From positions 301,764 to 333,763 of the forward strand of contig CAWFLZ010000010.1 of assembly GCA_963816705.1 (NCBI GenBank): a DNA stretch of 32,000 nt, written 5' to 3'. This stretch comes from an uncultured Acidobacteriaceae bacterium. Lineage in GTDB: Bacteria; Acidobacteriota; Terriglobia; Terriglobales; Acidobacteriaceae. The notes under the pieces were generated by a model. That model did no database searches and was not told the DNA's origin. It saw only the letters and a program-made list of their open reading frames with translations. This document shows positions 8,821 through 17,491 of the stretch, piece after piece (the stretch's first letter is position 1; each line of letters begins with the position of its first letter). Both the position numbers and the translations under genes were made by a program.

Positions 8821-9027
8821 CTATGCGGAAGTTCGCACCAACACTAACTCCGGGGTACAGCGCGAAGTTTGGATGGACTTGGCAGCGTCTTCGGCCGTGA
8901 ATCGCCCCATAATAAGCGCCAGCTTGCGGTTGGTCGTTGTCTGTATCGGAGTTCGATCGATCCGCTGGACATACTGAACGGCCAGAGTACCGCGATTCAC
9001 TTTCACAACAAACTTTGTGGTTTTCAT
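8821..9027 (-). CDS. Small hypothetical protein (68 aa)
   Basis: ATG-initiated ORF in a more AT-rich stretch with ordinary hydrophilic composition (MKTTKFVVKVNRGTLAVQYVQRIDR...). Weak RBS and no family recognised. Confidence 0.35.
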   Translation of the reverse strand: MKTTKFVVKVNRGTLAVQYVQRIDRTPIQTTTNRKLALIMGRFTAEDAAKSIQTSRCTPELVLVRTSA

Positions 9028-9134
9028 GGTTTCTTCTATCTTACGCCCTGGATCCTCATCGTGGTCGAAATACCTTGGTCCCTCCTTCCCGTAGAATCAG
9101 ACGTGACCGCACCCTAGCCCTGGGAGGCCCTGAG

Positions 9135-9627
9135 ATGAATATAATGCCCGCGCTCTTTAGCTCGCCGCTGTTGGTTACCTTTGCTTTCGCCCAGCGCCCT
9201 CGCCAAGGGCGACCATGCCCTGGTCGGCACGTGGCGACTGGTGGAGTTCGCCGATCTCGATAAGGATGGCAAGTGGCAGCACCGCTTCGGTGAACATCCG
9301 CTGGGATACTTCGTTTACGACGCCACCGGGCACGTGCACGTTCAGCTCATGAAGGTTCCGCCGCTGAAACCTTTTCCAGAAGCGAACGGCGCTCAGGGCA
9401 AACCGCCCTCATCCGAACACGCCCTCGCCGCCTACGCCGCCTATTTCGCCTACTTCGGCACCTACACCGTGGACGCAAAGAAGCACGTGGTGACTCATCA
9501 TGTCGAAGGCAGCCTCGCTCCGGATTTCACCGACACAGATCAGCCGCGTCCCTTCAAACTGGAAGGCGACCGGTTGGAGATCGGTGACGGCAAAACCTGG
9601 CGGCGTGTTCTGGAGCGGGTGCGCTGA
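9135..9627 (+). pseudogene. Lipocalin-like domain protein. The signal peptide and the mature domain are in different frames.
   Basis: GGGAGG lies 7 nt upstream of ATG 9135, which opens a signal-like peptide (MNIMPALFSSPLLVTFAFAQ) that stops after 42 codons. The lipocalin-like body (LVGTWRLVEFADLDKDGKW...GYFVYDATGHVHVQLM...) is in frame +1 (ORF 9181..9627), where TTG is the only available start. Confidence 0.7.
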
Positions 9628-10150
9628 TCTCGTCACTCCTGCGGAATAGCCGTCGATACGCGGCCTCTTGCCAACGCAGTCCAAGGGCCGCACTCTGGCC
9701 GGCGCAAGAACGAAAGGACGTACGCAAGCCGGGGCCAATCCGTGAACTCGTAACCCGACTTAGGTGACCGGAACAAGGCCTTTGGAGAGCTGTTCCTGTC
9801 CGGGAAGGCGCGTCAGAATGGGATTTCCGCCGAACATTGCGGAAACATCGAAGCCCATGCCTATGACGTTTGGTACCGGCCTTGCCTGCTTTCTCGCTCA
9901 TACCGTTGGCGCGCGGACCGAAATCCTCCGCTCCTCATCCTTCCCGGAGTCCAAGACGCTGATTCTGATGGGCGGAGGGCTGATCCTGCTGGCCAGCCTG
10001 GTGCGGTGGCTTTACCCCTTGGGAGGCATCGTGGCTCCCAAGAGCATGCAGGTGATTCTGTGGATCTCACCCAAAGAAGTTGTGGAGCATCTGTCCGGGC
10101 GGGAAAGCAGCTAACGGTCCTTCTTTCGCTGTTTCGCGGCTGACCAAACC

Positions 10151-10552
10151 CTAAAATTCCAGGTATGACCCGGGGCGTGGCGGAAGCGCACCGTCCGTGC
10201 CGGTTGCCAGCAGGTTTTCGCCACCGCTTTTCCCGCCATCGTGCAGAGTTTCCCAAGCGGATTCAGTCAGCGCCGGGTCGGCGCCGACAATCTCTCGAAT
10301 CATTTGCCAGGCCGCCAGATTGAGCGCGCCTTCGGGAGCCGGTCCCATTGCCAGCGAGACCGAACAGGGCGGGCAGAAGGAGATTCGCTGGGCAGAAGAT
10401 TTTTGCCGCGGCCGAACGCCGACAGTCTGCGCAAAAAGATACACCGCGACCGACTTGTCGCCAGACTCGATCTCTCGATTACAGCGCAAACAATAGGAAT
10501 GTTCCACGCGTTGATGCGCCTCGCTCGGCGAGCGCCATCCTACTTTCGCCAA
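10151..10552 (-). CDS. Hypothetical protein with two CxxC pairs (zinc-ribbon-like)
   Basis: ORF with a TTG or GTG start 58 nt downstream of the SDR/DUF2867 gene on the same strand. CLRC...CPPC. GC3-rich codon usage like its neighbours. Confidence 0.45.
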   Translation of the reverse strand: MAKVGWRSPSEAHQRVEHSYCLRCNREIESGDKSVAVYLFAQTVGVRPRQKSSAQRISFCPPCSVSLAMGPAPEGALNLAAWQMIREIVGADPALTESAWETLHDGGKSGGENLLATGTDGALPPRPGSYLEF

Positions 10553-10610
10553 TGCGCAGGCTGCCTAGCAAGTATGCAGGAAGATTCCCACGAAGAACCG
10601 AGAGTTGCCA

Positions 10611-12035
10611 CTAAACGGCCCCGCTGGCTTCCGCGCGCTTCCTGATTACCCTGAGCATGCCGGAAAAAATCATCGCGTGAACCGGGTACAAGCCGCACCA
10701 ATAGATCTCTCCGGCCAGACCGCGCGGCTGGAACCATGCGCAGCACTGCAGCAGCGTCCGGTCATGGGGCCGGGGTGTAAGGTTGAATTGCAGCCATGCT
10801 GCGCCCGGCACCTTCATTTCTGCCCGCAGCAGAACATCGCTCGGCGCGTCGGCGCGTTCGACCTGCCAGAAGTCGATCACATCGCCGGCTTCGATACCGG
10901 ACGCTCGTGACCGCCCACGTTTCATGCCTACGCCTCCCATGAGTCGATCGATCCAACCCCGCGCAGACCACAGAAAGTTCGCGTAGAACCAGCCGTTCTT
11001 CCCTCCGACGTTGCCGATGAACTTAAACACGCGCCCGGGGGGAGCGTCGACGATCGTTTCCCTCACGTCGCAGATGATCCCCTCGGCGCGAAATGTCCGG
11101 TGCGACGCTCCGCCCATGCTCGGCAGAGGCATCAAAGGCGCCGGCCTCTCCAGTGCTCGTTGGACGGCGGCGGCATACGACATCGGGCGGATCGAAGGAA
11201 ATAGTCGGGCGGCCAGCGCATTGGTGCAAATGGATTCGCTTCGGAGCCCCTCGATGAGCGGGCGAGATACGGCGGGCGGCACCGGCGTGACGAAGTCCAG
11301 CCAATAGGACGACAACCGCGGAGTCAGCACCGGAACGCGCATCAGCCATCGCCCTAGCCCACGATGCCGGGCATACGCAAGCATCATGCTGCGATAGGTC
11401 TCGATTGTCGAACCGCCGACCTCGATGGGCTCTTCCACCGCCTCGCGCAGGTCAAGCGCGGCTTCGAGGTATTCGAGTACATCGCTAACTGCTATCGGCT
11501 GAGTTCTTGTCACGACCCAACGAGGACAGATCATGACCGGCAGCCGTTCCGTCAGGCAGCGAATGATTTCGAAAGACGTACTGCCGTTGCCGACGATGAT
11601 GCCGGCCCGCAGCTCGATCAGAGGCGGCCCAAATTCTCGCAACACCGCGCCCGTTTCGTGCCGGCTCTTGAGATGCGCTGAAACCGAAGCTCCAGTCGCC
11701 GCCAGACCACCTAGGTAGATCACCCGTCGCACCCCGCACTGCTTCGCTGCGATGGCGAAGTTGTGGGCGGCCTGCCGGTCCCGCGATTCAAACCCTTCGA
11801 CTCTCCCGGACATCGAGTGTATGAGGTAGTAGGCGACATCGATTCCGTCGAGCGCCGGTGGAAGTGTCTCGGCTCGCAACGCATCCGCCTCGACGAACTT
11901 GATTTGCGCGGAGTGAAGTTGGGGGGCGCGCCCGGCATTACGGACAATGCAGGTGACGTCGTGACCCACCGCCGAGAGTTTTTCCGCCAGTTGCCGTCCA
12001 ATGTAGCCGGAGGCGCCAGTCACCAGGACCCTCAT
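10611..12035 (-). CDS. NAD(P)-binding SDR/NmrA-like oxidoreductase fused to a DUF2867-like C-terminal domain
   Basis: Rossmann motif MRVLVTGASGYIGRQL. C-terminal half resembles DUF2867 (WFYANFLWSARGWIDRLMGGVGMKRGR...DVIDFWQVE). Its start overlaps the tspO stop as ATGA. Confidence 0.85.
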   Translation of the reverse strand: MRVLVTGASGYIGRQLAEKLSAVGHDVTCIVRNAGRAPQLHSAQIKFVEADALRAETLPPALDGIDVAYYLIHSMSGRVEGFESRDRQAAHNFAIAAKQCGVRRVIYLGGLAATGASVSAHLKSRHETGAVLREFGPPLIELRAGIIVGNGSTSFEIIRCLTERLPVMICPRWVVTRTQPIAVSDVLEYLEAALDLREAVEEPIEVGGSTIETYRSMMLAYARHRGLGRWLMRVPVLTPRLSSYWLDFVTPVPPAVSRPLIEGLRSESICTNALAARLFPSIRPMSYAAAVQRALERPAPLMPLPSMGGASHRTFRAEGIICDVRETIVDAPPGRVFKFIGNVGGKNGWFYANFLWSARGWIDRLMGGVGMKRGRSRASGIEAGDVIDFWQVERADAPSDVLLRAEMKVPGAAWLQFNLTPRPHDRTLLQCCAWFQPRGLAGEIYWCGLYPVHAMIFSGMLRVIRKRAEASGAV

Positions 12036-12514
12036 GCTGCGCCTTCATTCAGGCGCCAAATTCCGAAGTTCAAGTAGGAAGCGTAGAGGACCCATGCGCC
12101 GTAGGGTGTCATAAGCCAAAAGGCGAGGCGTGAGGATTCCGCGAATCGCATGGCGGTCGTGGCAATGGCCGCCAACAAAACGATGATTTCGACCAGCGCC
12201 GCTCCCGGCCTTCTCAGACCGAAGAAGACGACCGACCAGAGTCCGTTGAGGATCAATCGCACCATGAACAGAGCCAGTGCCAACCCCACGTCTTTGTGAA
12301 TTCGCTGCCGCCACACTAGCCAAGCCGCCGCCGCCATCAGCGCGTAAAGGATTGACCAGACCGGACCGAAGACCCATGGCGGCGGAGTGCCCGCGGGCTT
12401 CCGCAGACCGGGATACCATGTTTTCACCGAGCGTGCCGTGAATAACGATCCGCTCGCGGCCACCGTGAAACAAATTCCAAAGATGATCGCGAGCCCGATC
12501 CAGTCCCTAGGCAT
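12032..12514 (-). CDS. tspO: TspO/MBR family tryptophan-rich sensory protein
   Basis: WYPGLRKPAGTPPPWVFGPVWSILYALMAAAAWLVW, GLWSVVFFGLRRP, LYASYLNFGIWRLN. The probable start ATG 12514 overlaps the photolyase stop by 8 nt. Confidence 0.9.
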   Translation of the reverse strand: MPRDWIGLAIIFGICFTVAASGSLFTARSVKTWYPGLRKPAGTPPPWVFGPVWSILYALMAAAAWLVWRQRIHKDVGLALALFMVRLILNGLWSVVFFGLRRPGAALVEIIVLLAAIATTAMRFAESSRLAFWLMTPYGAWVLYASYLNFGIWRLNEGAA

Positions 12515-13892
12515 GGCTCCGCTCCCTCGTGCCGATCTGTGCAATGTAACGCTTTGAGTCGAACTTCCGTCCGGTGCTGGCCAGCGACATATATCGTACC
12601 TGTCCAAACACGGGTCGCTCGAACCAGGGCCGATCGTGCTTGCCTACAATGGCCCATGCAATGCCCGCGTAGCCGTTAGGATCGCGGCCGTCAAGTTCAT
12701 AACGGTCATTGAGCCAAACCGCACGTTGGTAAGCGGTCGCAACCGACGGACTCCACTCCAGGATTTTCTTGGCCCAATACATCCGCATGTAGTTGTGCAT
12801 CCAGCCCGTCAGGACCATTTGTTTCTGAGCGGCGTTCCACAGAGGATCGTGAGTCTCCGCCTGCTCGAGCTGTTGTTCATCGTAAACAATCGGGCGGCGG
12901 TCGCCCGAGTGTTGCGCAAAAGAGCGATCCGCCCATGGCTCGAGGCATTCGAAGGAATCATAGTGTGAGTTGTAACGGACGAAATTCACCGAGAGTTCAC
13001 GTCGGATAATCAATTGTTCCAGAAATGCCTGCTTGGCAACCGCCGGCGCGGATGCCGCCTGCACGGCCTGCGCGATGGTGAGGGGACCGATATGGCCAAA
13101 GTGGAGATAGGGCGACAGCTCGCTGGTTCCGGAAAGTTCCGGGTGATTCCGGTCTCTGGGATAATTCCGCAACCCGTGTTTGACGAAATCAGCCAGAATG
13201 CTTAGCGCACGCGTGGTTCCACCCTGCCAGGTTTCCACCGGCGAAACGGAGCGATCGAGGGACCAGCCGGCGGTGAAATCCTCATGCACCGAAAGTGACT
13301 GCAGGGTTCGCGGCTTGTTCCAGGGTATTCGCGCTTTGACCACTCTCGTTGGAACGAGAAACTGAGGCAAGAGTTCCTGGAGTCGCGGGCGGATCGTGCG
13401 AGCGCCAAAATGCTCTTTACCAAGCAGCCGCCAGGGCACGACGACATCGGCATCGACCGTCCAGAGAGGTACTTTCAAATCCTGAGCGGCGCGAACTCGC
13501 CAGCGCTCCGTTTCGCGCAAGGGATTTTCGTCGCCAATTACGATCGCCGGGCGGACCTCTTCACAAGACCTTCTTAAGCTGTGTTCAGGGAACGTCCGCA
13601 GCACAAAGCCGACATTGCGCTTGCAGAGCCCCTCTTCAATGTCCGGAATTCCGGAGGCGAGAAAGCGGTAGTGACGCAGATTGGCGTGCGGATAATAAGG
13701 AACGGGGGCAAGGAAAGCAACCACCGGCTTCCCGAGTTCGTTGCCAAGCTCGACCGCCATATCCAAAGCCGGGTTGTCCAATGCCCGCTGGGCCCGCTGC
13801 ATCCAGTAGACCACGCACTCCCCTTCTGGATTCGGCGCTCCGGGTTTCCGCACGGTGATGCGGGGGTCGAGACTGAGTGTTTTGATTCCCAT
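12507..13892 (-). CDS. phr: Deoxyribodipyrimidine (CPD) photolyase, class II-like
   Basis: N-terminal VVYWMQRAQRALDNPAL, central LSPYLHFGHI, C-terminal WNAAQKQMVLTGWMHNYMRMYWAKKILEW and NGYAGIAWAIVGKHDRPW. Confidence 0.9.
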   Translation of the reverse strand: MGIKTLSLDPRITVRKPGAPNPEGECVVYWMQRAQRALDNPALDMAVELGNELGKPVVAFLAPVPYYPHANLRHYRFLASGIPDIEEGLCKRNVGFVLRTFPEHSLRRSCEEVRPAIVIGDENPLRETERWRVRAAQDLKVPLWTVDADVVVPWRLLGKEHFGARTIRPRLQELLPQFLVPTRVVKARIPWNKPRTLQSLSVHEDFTAGWSLDRSVSPVETWQGGTTRALSILADFVKHGLRNYPRDRNHPELSGTSELSPYLHFGHIGPLTIAQAVQAASAPAVAKQAFLEQLIIRRELSVNFVRYNSHYDSFECLEPWADRSFAQHSGDRRPIVYDEQQLEQAETHDPLWNAAQKQMVLTGWMHNYMRMYWAKKILEWSPSVATAYQRAVWLNDRYELDGRDPNGYAGIAWAIVGKHDRPWFERPVFGQVRYMSLASTGRKFDSKRYIAQIGTRERSHA

Positions 13893-13936
13893 CCCAGGTA
13901 AAAAAGTGGGAGAGAACGCATAGTCGTTCTCCCCCG

Positions 13937-13956
13937 TCTTCCTCTATCTTCCTCTA
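13937..13956. repeat. 10-bp tandem duplication (tcttcctcta x2)
   Basis: Read directly between the photolyase start and the DUF378 stop. Confidence 0.7.
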
Positions 13957-13959
13957 ACT

Positions 13960-14202
13960 CTAACGAGCGCGAGCCGGAGCCGATTCGTGTCCCCAGCGAT
14001 GCTGAATAGCCTTGAAAGAGACGGCCTGGTACAGCGCCGCCAGGCCGACCAGCGTGTACACCCCGGAACTGAGGGTTGAAGTTTCGCCGAATTTCATGCC
14101 GAAAATAGCGGCCACCAGGTCGAAGTGCGCAACCCCCACCAGACCCCAGTTCAGCCCGCCCACTACAAGAAGTACAGCTGCGACCACATCTAACGTTTTC
14201 AT
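13960..14202 (-). CDS. DUF378 family small membrane protein
   Basis: LLVVGGLNWGLVGVAHFDLVAAIFG...VYTLVGLAALYQ. ATG 14202 has GGAGG 5 nt upstream. Confidence 0.85.
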   Translation of the reverse strand: MKTLDVVAAVLLVVGGLNWGLVGVAHFDLVAAIFGMKFGETSTLSSGVYTLVGLAALYQAVSFKAIQHRWGHESAPARAR

Positions 14203-14217
14203 CTTTTCCTCCATTAT

Positions 14218-14705
14218 TTAGTCTTTGGGTAGAAGCACCGTGTCGATCACGTGGATCACACCGTTAGAGGCCAAAATATCGGCCTTCACGACCTTGGCGT
14301 CATTGACCATGACCGTGCCGTCATTGACCGTCAGTTTCAGCGTCCTGGCCATTGAGGGTTTTCACCGAAGACATGTTTCACCACCTGCGCCGCCGTCAGT
14401 CCGCCCGCCACCACGTGGTAAAGCAGGATGGCCTTCAACTTTTCCTTGTTCTCGGGCTTGAGAAGCGACTCGACTGTGCCCGCCGGCAGCTTGCTGAAGG
14501 CTTCGTCGGTCGGAGCAAACACGGTGAAAGGGCCCTTGCCTTTCAGGGTGTCAACCAGACCGGCGGCTTGAAGCGCCGTAGCCAGCGTTTTTAAAGTTCC
14601 CGCTGCCACCGCGGTGTCAACGATGTCCCTTTTTGCGGAGCCGGCGGCTGCGGGCATCGCGCTAGCCAGGACGCTGAGCATCAATGCAAAACTCGCCACT
14701 TTCAC
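14218..14705 (-). pseudogene. Secreted fasciclin (FAS1) domain protein with a disrupted reading frame near 14337-14380
   Basis: ORF 14337..14705 gives a signal peptide plus [23 protein letters not shown]...LLYHVVAGG, then stops early. The conserved C-terminus [40 protein letters not shown] lies in another minus frame ending at 14218. A third frame reads [10 protein letters not shown] in between. Confidence 0.8.
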
Positions 14706-14871
14706 GTTATCTCTCCTTAGGTTTTTATTTCTTGTTCTCTCTGTTTTCTGTTGCTCTTTGGCCTGTCTGCTGTATTAACTATAGAGAACAATCATTTGAA
14801 CAACACGATAAACAACCGAATCCTGCAACTCGTGTGAGCGCCAGTCAAAAGTTCAGTCCGCTCTTGTACTG

Positions 14872-15477
14872 GTGAGAAAAGAGAGGAAGCGAGTGGTCAA
14901 CAAAACAATTGTCGAAGGGCTTCGGCCCTATGCCCTCGGGGAAAAACTGCGGGGCCTGCGGCTGCGCAGAAGCATGGGCCTGGTGGAATTGGGCAAGCAC
15001 ACTGGCCTCTCCGCGGCGATGCTCTCAAAACTGGAACGTGGCAAACTGTTCCCCACGCTCCCCACGCTCCTGCGTATCGCTTTGGTGTTCGGGGTGGGGC
15101 TGGAATATTTCTTCACCGACGAGCGCAAGCGTCATGTGGTGGCGATCGCACGCAAGAAGGAGCGCTTGCGCTTTCCAGACACTCCGGACGGAAGGACCAT
15201 CGCGTACAACTTCGAGAGCCTGGACTTCAAGGCCACCGAACGCAAGCTCAATGGTTTCTACGCGGAATTCGAACCCGTTGACTCCGGCAAGTCGCGGCCT
15301 CACCAGCATCCGGGCGTGGAGTTGCTTTTTCTGATCTCCGGGAAACTGGACCTCACCATCGGCTCCGAGACGTTCAACCTTGAATCGGGGGACGCCGCGT
15401 ACTTTGATTCAGGAGTGCGCCACAGCTATCACCGTGCCAGCAAAAGCCCGTGCACCGGCGTCATCGTCACCGCCTGA
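14872..15477 (+). CDS. XRE-family HTH transcriptional regulator with C-terminal cupin domain
   Basis: HTH: LGEKLRGLRLRRSMGLVELGKHTGLSAAMLSKLERGK. Cupin: HQHPGVELLFLISGKLDL...GDAAYFDSGVRHSY. Start is GTG 14872 or GTG 14893. Confidence 0.9.
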   Translation: MRKERKRVVNKTIVEGLRPYALGEKLRGLRLRRSMGLVELGKHTGLSAAMLSKLERGKLFPTLPTLLRIALVFGVGLEYFFTDERKRHVVAIARKKERLRFPDTPDGRTIAYNFESLDFKATERKLNGFYAEFEPVDSGKSRPHQHPGVELLFLISGKLDLTIGSETFNLESGDAAYFDSGVRHSYHRASKSPCTGVIVTA

Positions 15478-15497
15478 CAAAGTCACCGCCTGACAAA
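15466..15497. repeat. Perfect 16-bp tandem duplication (gtcaccgcctgacaaa x2) spanning the regulator stop codon
   Basis: Copy 1 is 15466-15481 and contains the TGA stop. Copy 2 is 15482-15497. Read directly. Confidence 0.9.
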
Positions 15498-15761
15498 CCG
15501 CAGCCCCCATACGCCGACCCCCAACGGCCCTCATCGCACTCTCCTCCACGTAAGCAGATCGCTTATCGCGAAAGCTCGCAAATCCAATTTACTTCCCACG
15601 TCTTTCCCCCATCCGGCGAGAACGACTGTTCCATGCGTGAGGAGTTGGACACTACGTGTAATTCATTCCATAACAATGTCGGGATTTAACGTCAACCGAC
15701 TGCTGCGGGGATATAATCATCTGTCTTAGTCACCAAGAGCGAACGCTCGATTGGAAACTGC

Positions 15762-17108
15762 ATGTTGCAAGCTAGGATTCGCTTAGCCACGGTTTTTGCT
15801 GTTAGTTTGCTGTTTGCTGCTCCACTTTCAGGTCAGGCTGATGAAGATGTCCACCGATGTATAACAGAGGCGAACGCTGACCTCGCGATCAACTACTGCA
15901 GCCGGGCAATCGAGTCTGAAACTCTTCCTACTACCTCCATGCTCGCAATTAGCTTACACAGCCGTGGTGTCGCGTACTACAAGAAGCACGACTACGACAA
16001 CGCCATTCAAAACCACGATCGCGCCATCCAGTTGAAGCCGCAGTTCGCCCAAGCTTTCTACGATCGCGGGCTTGCCTACTACTCCAAGTCAGAATATGAC
16101 CAAGCCATTCAGGACTTTGACGAGGCCGTTCAGCTCAACCCAGAGTCCAGCGTGGCCTTTAACAGCCGCGGAACTATATACGGCCTCAAGGGAGACACTG
16201 ATAGCGCAGTGCAAGACTTCGATGAGGCCATCCGGCTGAAGCCGGATTATGCTGCTGTCTACTACAATCGCGGCATTTCCTACTACTACAAGTCCGACGA
16301 CGACCGGGCAATTCAGGATTATGACGAAGCCATCCGATTGAAGCCCGACTTCGAACCTGCCATCCACAATCGCGGCCTTGCCTTCAAACGCAAGGGAGAT
16401 TTGGACCGTGCTCTCCAGGATTTGGACGAATCCGTTCGCCTCGATCCCAAGGATGCTCTCGCGTTTTGTAATCGCGGGAGTGTCTATGCGGAAAAAGGAG
16501 AGTTTGACCGTGCTATCCAAGAGTACAGCCAATCCATTCGGCTCAATCCCCGTGATACAGACACTCTCTATCGTCGCGGTAATGCCTACGCGACAAAGGG
16601 AGACTTTCCTCGCGCACTCCAGGACCTAGATGAGGCGATCCGGGTGCAACCTACATATGAATCCTTGGTGTCTCGTGGCAACATCCGCTTCGAACAAGGT
16701 GACTTCGCGGCCTCGGTGCCTGATTTCGCCAAAAGCAGCCAACTCGAGCCGACGGATATGTACAGCATGATGTGGCTTTATATCGCACGAAGCCGTGCCG
16801 GACTCAACCCAGACGGTGCTCTGAGCGGTTCCCAAAAGCTAGACCTGACGTCATGGCCCGGTCTCCTGATCTCTCTATACCGTGGCGAAATCTCTCCAAG
16901 CTCTGTGATGGAGGCCGCTGCGGATACCGATCCGAAGAAGCAAAGCAACCAGATGTGCGATGCCCATTTTTATATTGCCGAGTACGACGTGCTACGGGGG
17001 CTTCGCGACGAAGCGACCCGAGAATTACAGGCGAGCATCGATACTTGTCCCGCAACTACCCTCGAATACAGGGCTGCAAAGGCCGATCTGAAGCGCGTTG
17101 CACGCTGA
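15762..17108 (+). CDS. Secreted TPR-repeat protein with NlpI-like C-terminal region
   Basis: Signal peptide LATVFAVSLLFAAPLSGQA. About 9 consecutive 34-aa TPR units (AIQDFDEAIRLKPDYAAVYYNRGISYY...). The C-terminal MMWLYIARSRAG...WPGLLISLYRGEISPSSVM...CDAHFYIAEY resembles the NlpI C-terminus. Confidence 0.85.
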   Translation: MLQARIRLATVFAVSLLFAAPLSGQADEDVHRCITEANADLAINYCSRAIESETLPTTSMLAISLHSRGVAYYKKHDYDNAIQNHDRAIQLKPQFAQAFYDRGLAYYSKSEYDQAIQDFDEAVQLNPESSVAFNSRGTIYGLKGDTDSAVQDFDEAIRLKPDYAAVYYNRGISYYYKSDDDRAIQDYDEAIRLKPDFEPAIHNRGLAFKRKGDLDRALQDLDESVRLDPKDALAFCNRGSVYAEKGEFDRAIQEYSQSIRLNPRDTDTLYRRGNAYATKGDFPRALQDLDEAIRVQPTYESLVSRGNIRFEQGDFAASVPDFAKSSQLEPTDMYSMMWLYIARSRAGLNPDGALSGSQKLDLTSWPGLLISLYRGEISPSSVMEAAADTDPKKQSNQMCDAHFYIAEYDVLRGLRDEATRELQASIDTCPATTLEYRAAKADLKRVAR

Positions 17109-17491
17109 GGTGTTGATAACAGGCGGCTGTCGAAAAACTTTTTTCCTGAAAACTGCGAAACCTAGATTGCGTCAGGATGATTTACAAGCGACTTTCTCGA
17201 TGCGGGTAGACATTTTCTATCCCTGAATTTGAGACCGTTTTTCGGGGAAAGAGACTTTTTCAACACCCACAGGCGTTTGCATTCATCGACACCCGAGGCA
17301 TCAGTCCACCTCCAAAATGCGGATCGGCAAGACTGAGTCGCAATGGCCGAAGCTCACCCAAGGATCACGAACCGCGGCTTCCCAGTGACGCGAGGCGCGC
17401 CATGCAGACAAGTGTCGTGCAACTCACCGGAATCAACGACGCGGCTAAACGCCATCATCGGAACCAAGTTGTGATCTAGTCAAGAACGGCA

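Noticed and set aside
9764-10114. 116-aa plus-strand ORF with a PEP-CTERM-like stretch (FPESKTLILMGGGLILLASLVRW)
   Set aside because: The motif is PES rather than PEP. It is not at the C-terminus (about 35 residues follow) and lacks the terminal Arg cluster. The ORF has no SD and a doubtful start. It remains possible as a small membrane protein, but I cannot support it.
12045-12657. Alternative minus-strand ORFs (142 aa and 77 aa) overlapping tspO and the photolyase 3' end
   Set aside because: They are out of frame relative to genes with clear TspO and photolyase motifs, and their sequence is Arg/Gly-rich.
15262-15280. ggaattcgaacccgt, a tRNA T-arm-like string
   Set aside because: It lies inside the XRE-cupin coding frame (AEFEPVD), and no acceptor or anticodon stems can be drawn around it.
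17125-17268. Inverted copies of a TTTTTCRACASCC motif (ggctgtcgaaaaa at 17125-17137, tttttcaacaccc at 17256-17268), suggesting a MITE-like element after the TPR gene
   Set aside because: Only 11 of 13 positions match. There is no flanking target duplication and no second copy in the window. It could be a dispersed repeat, but the evidence here is too thin.
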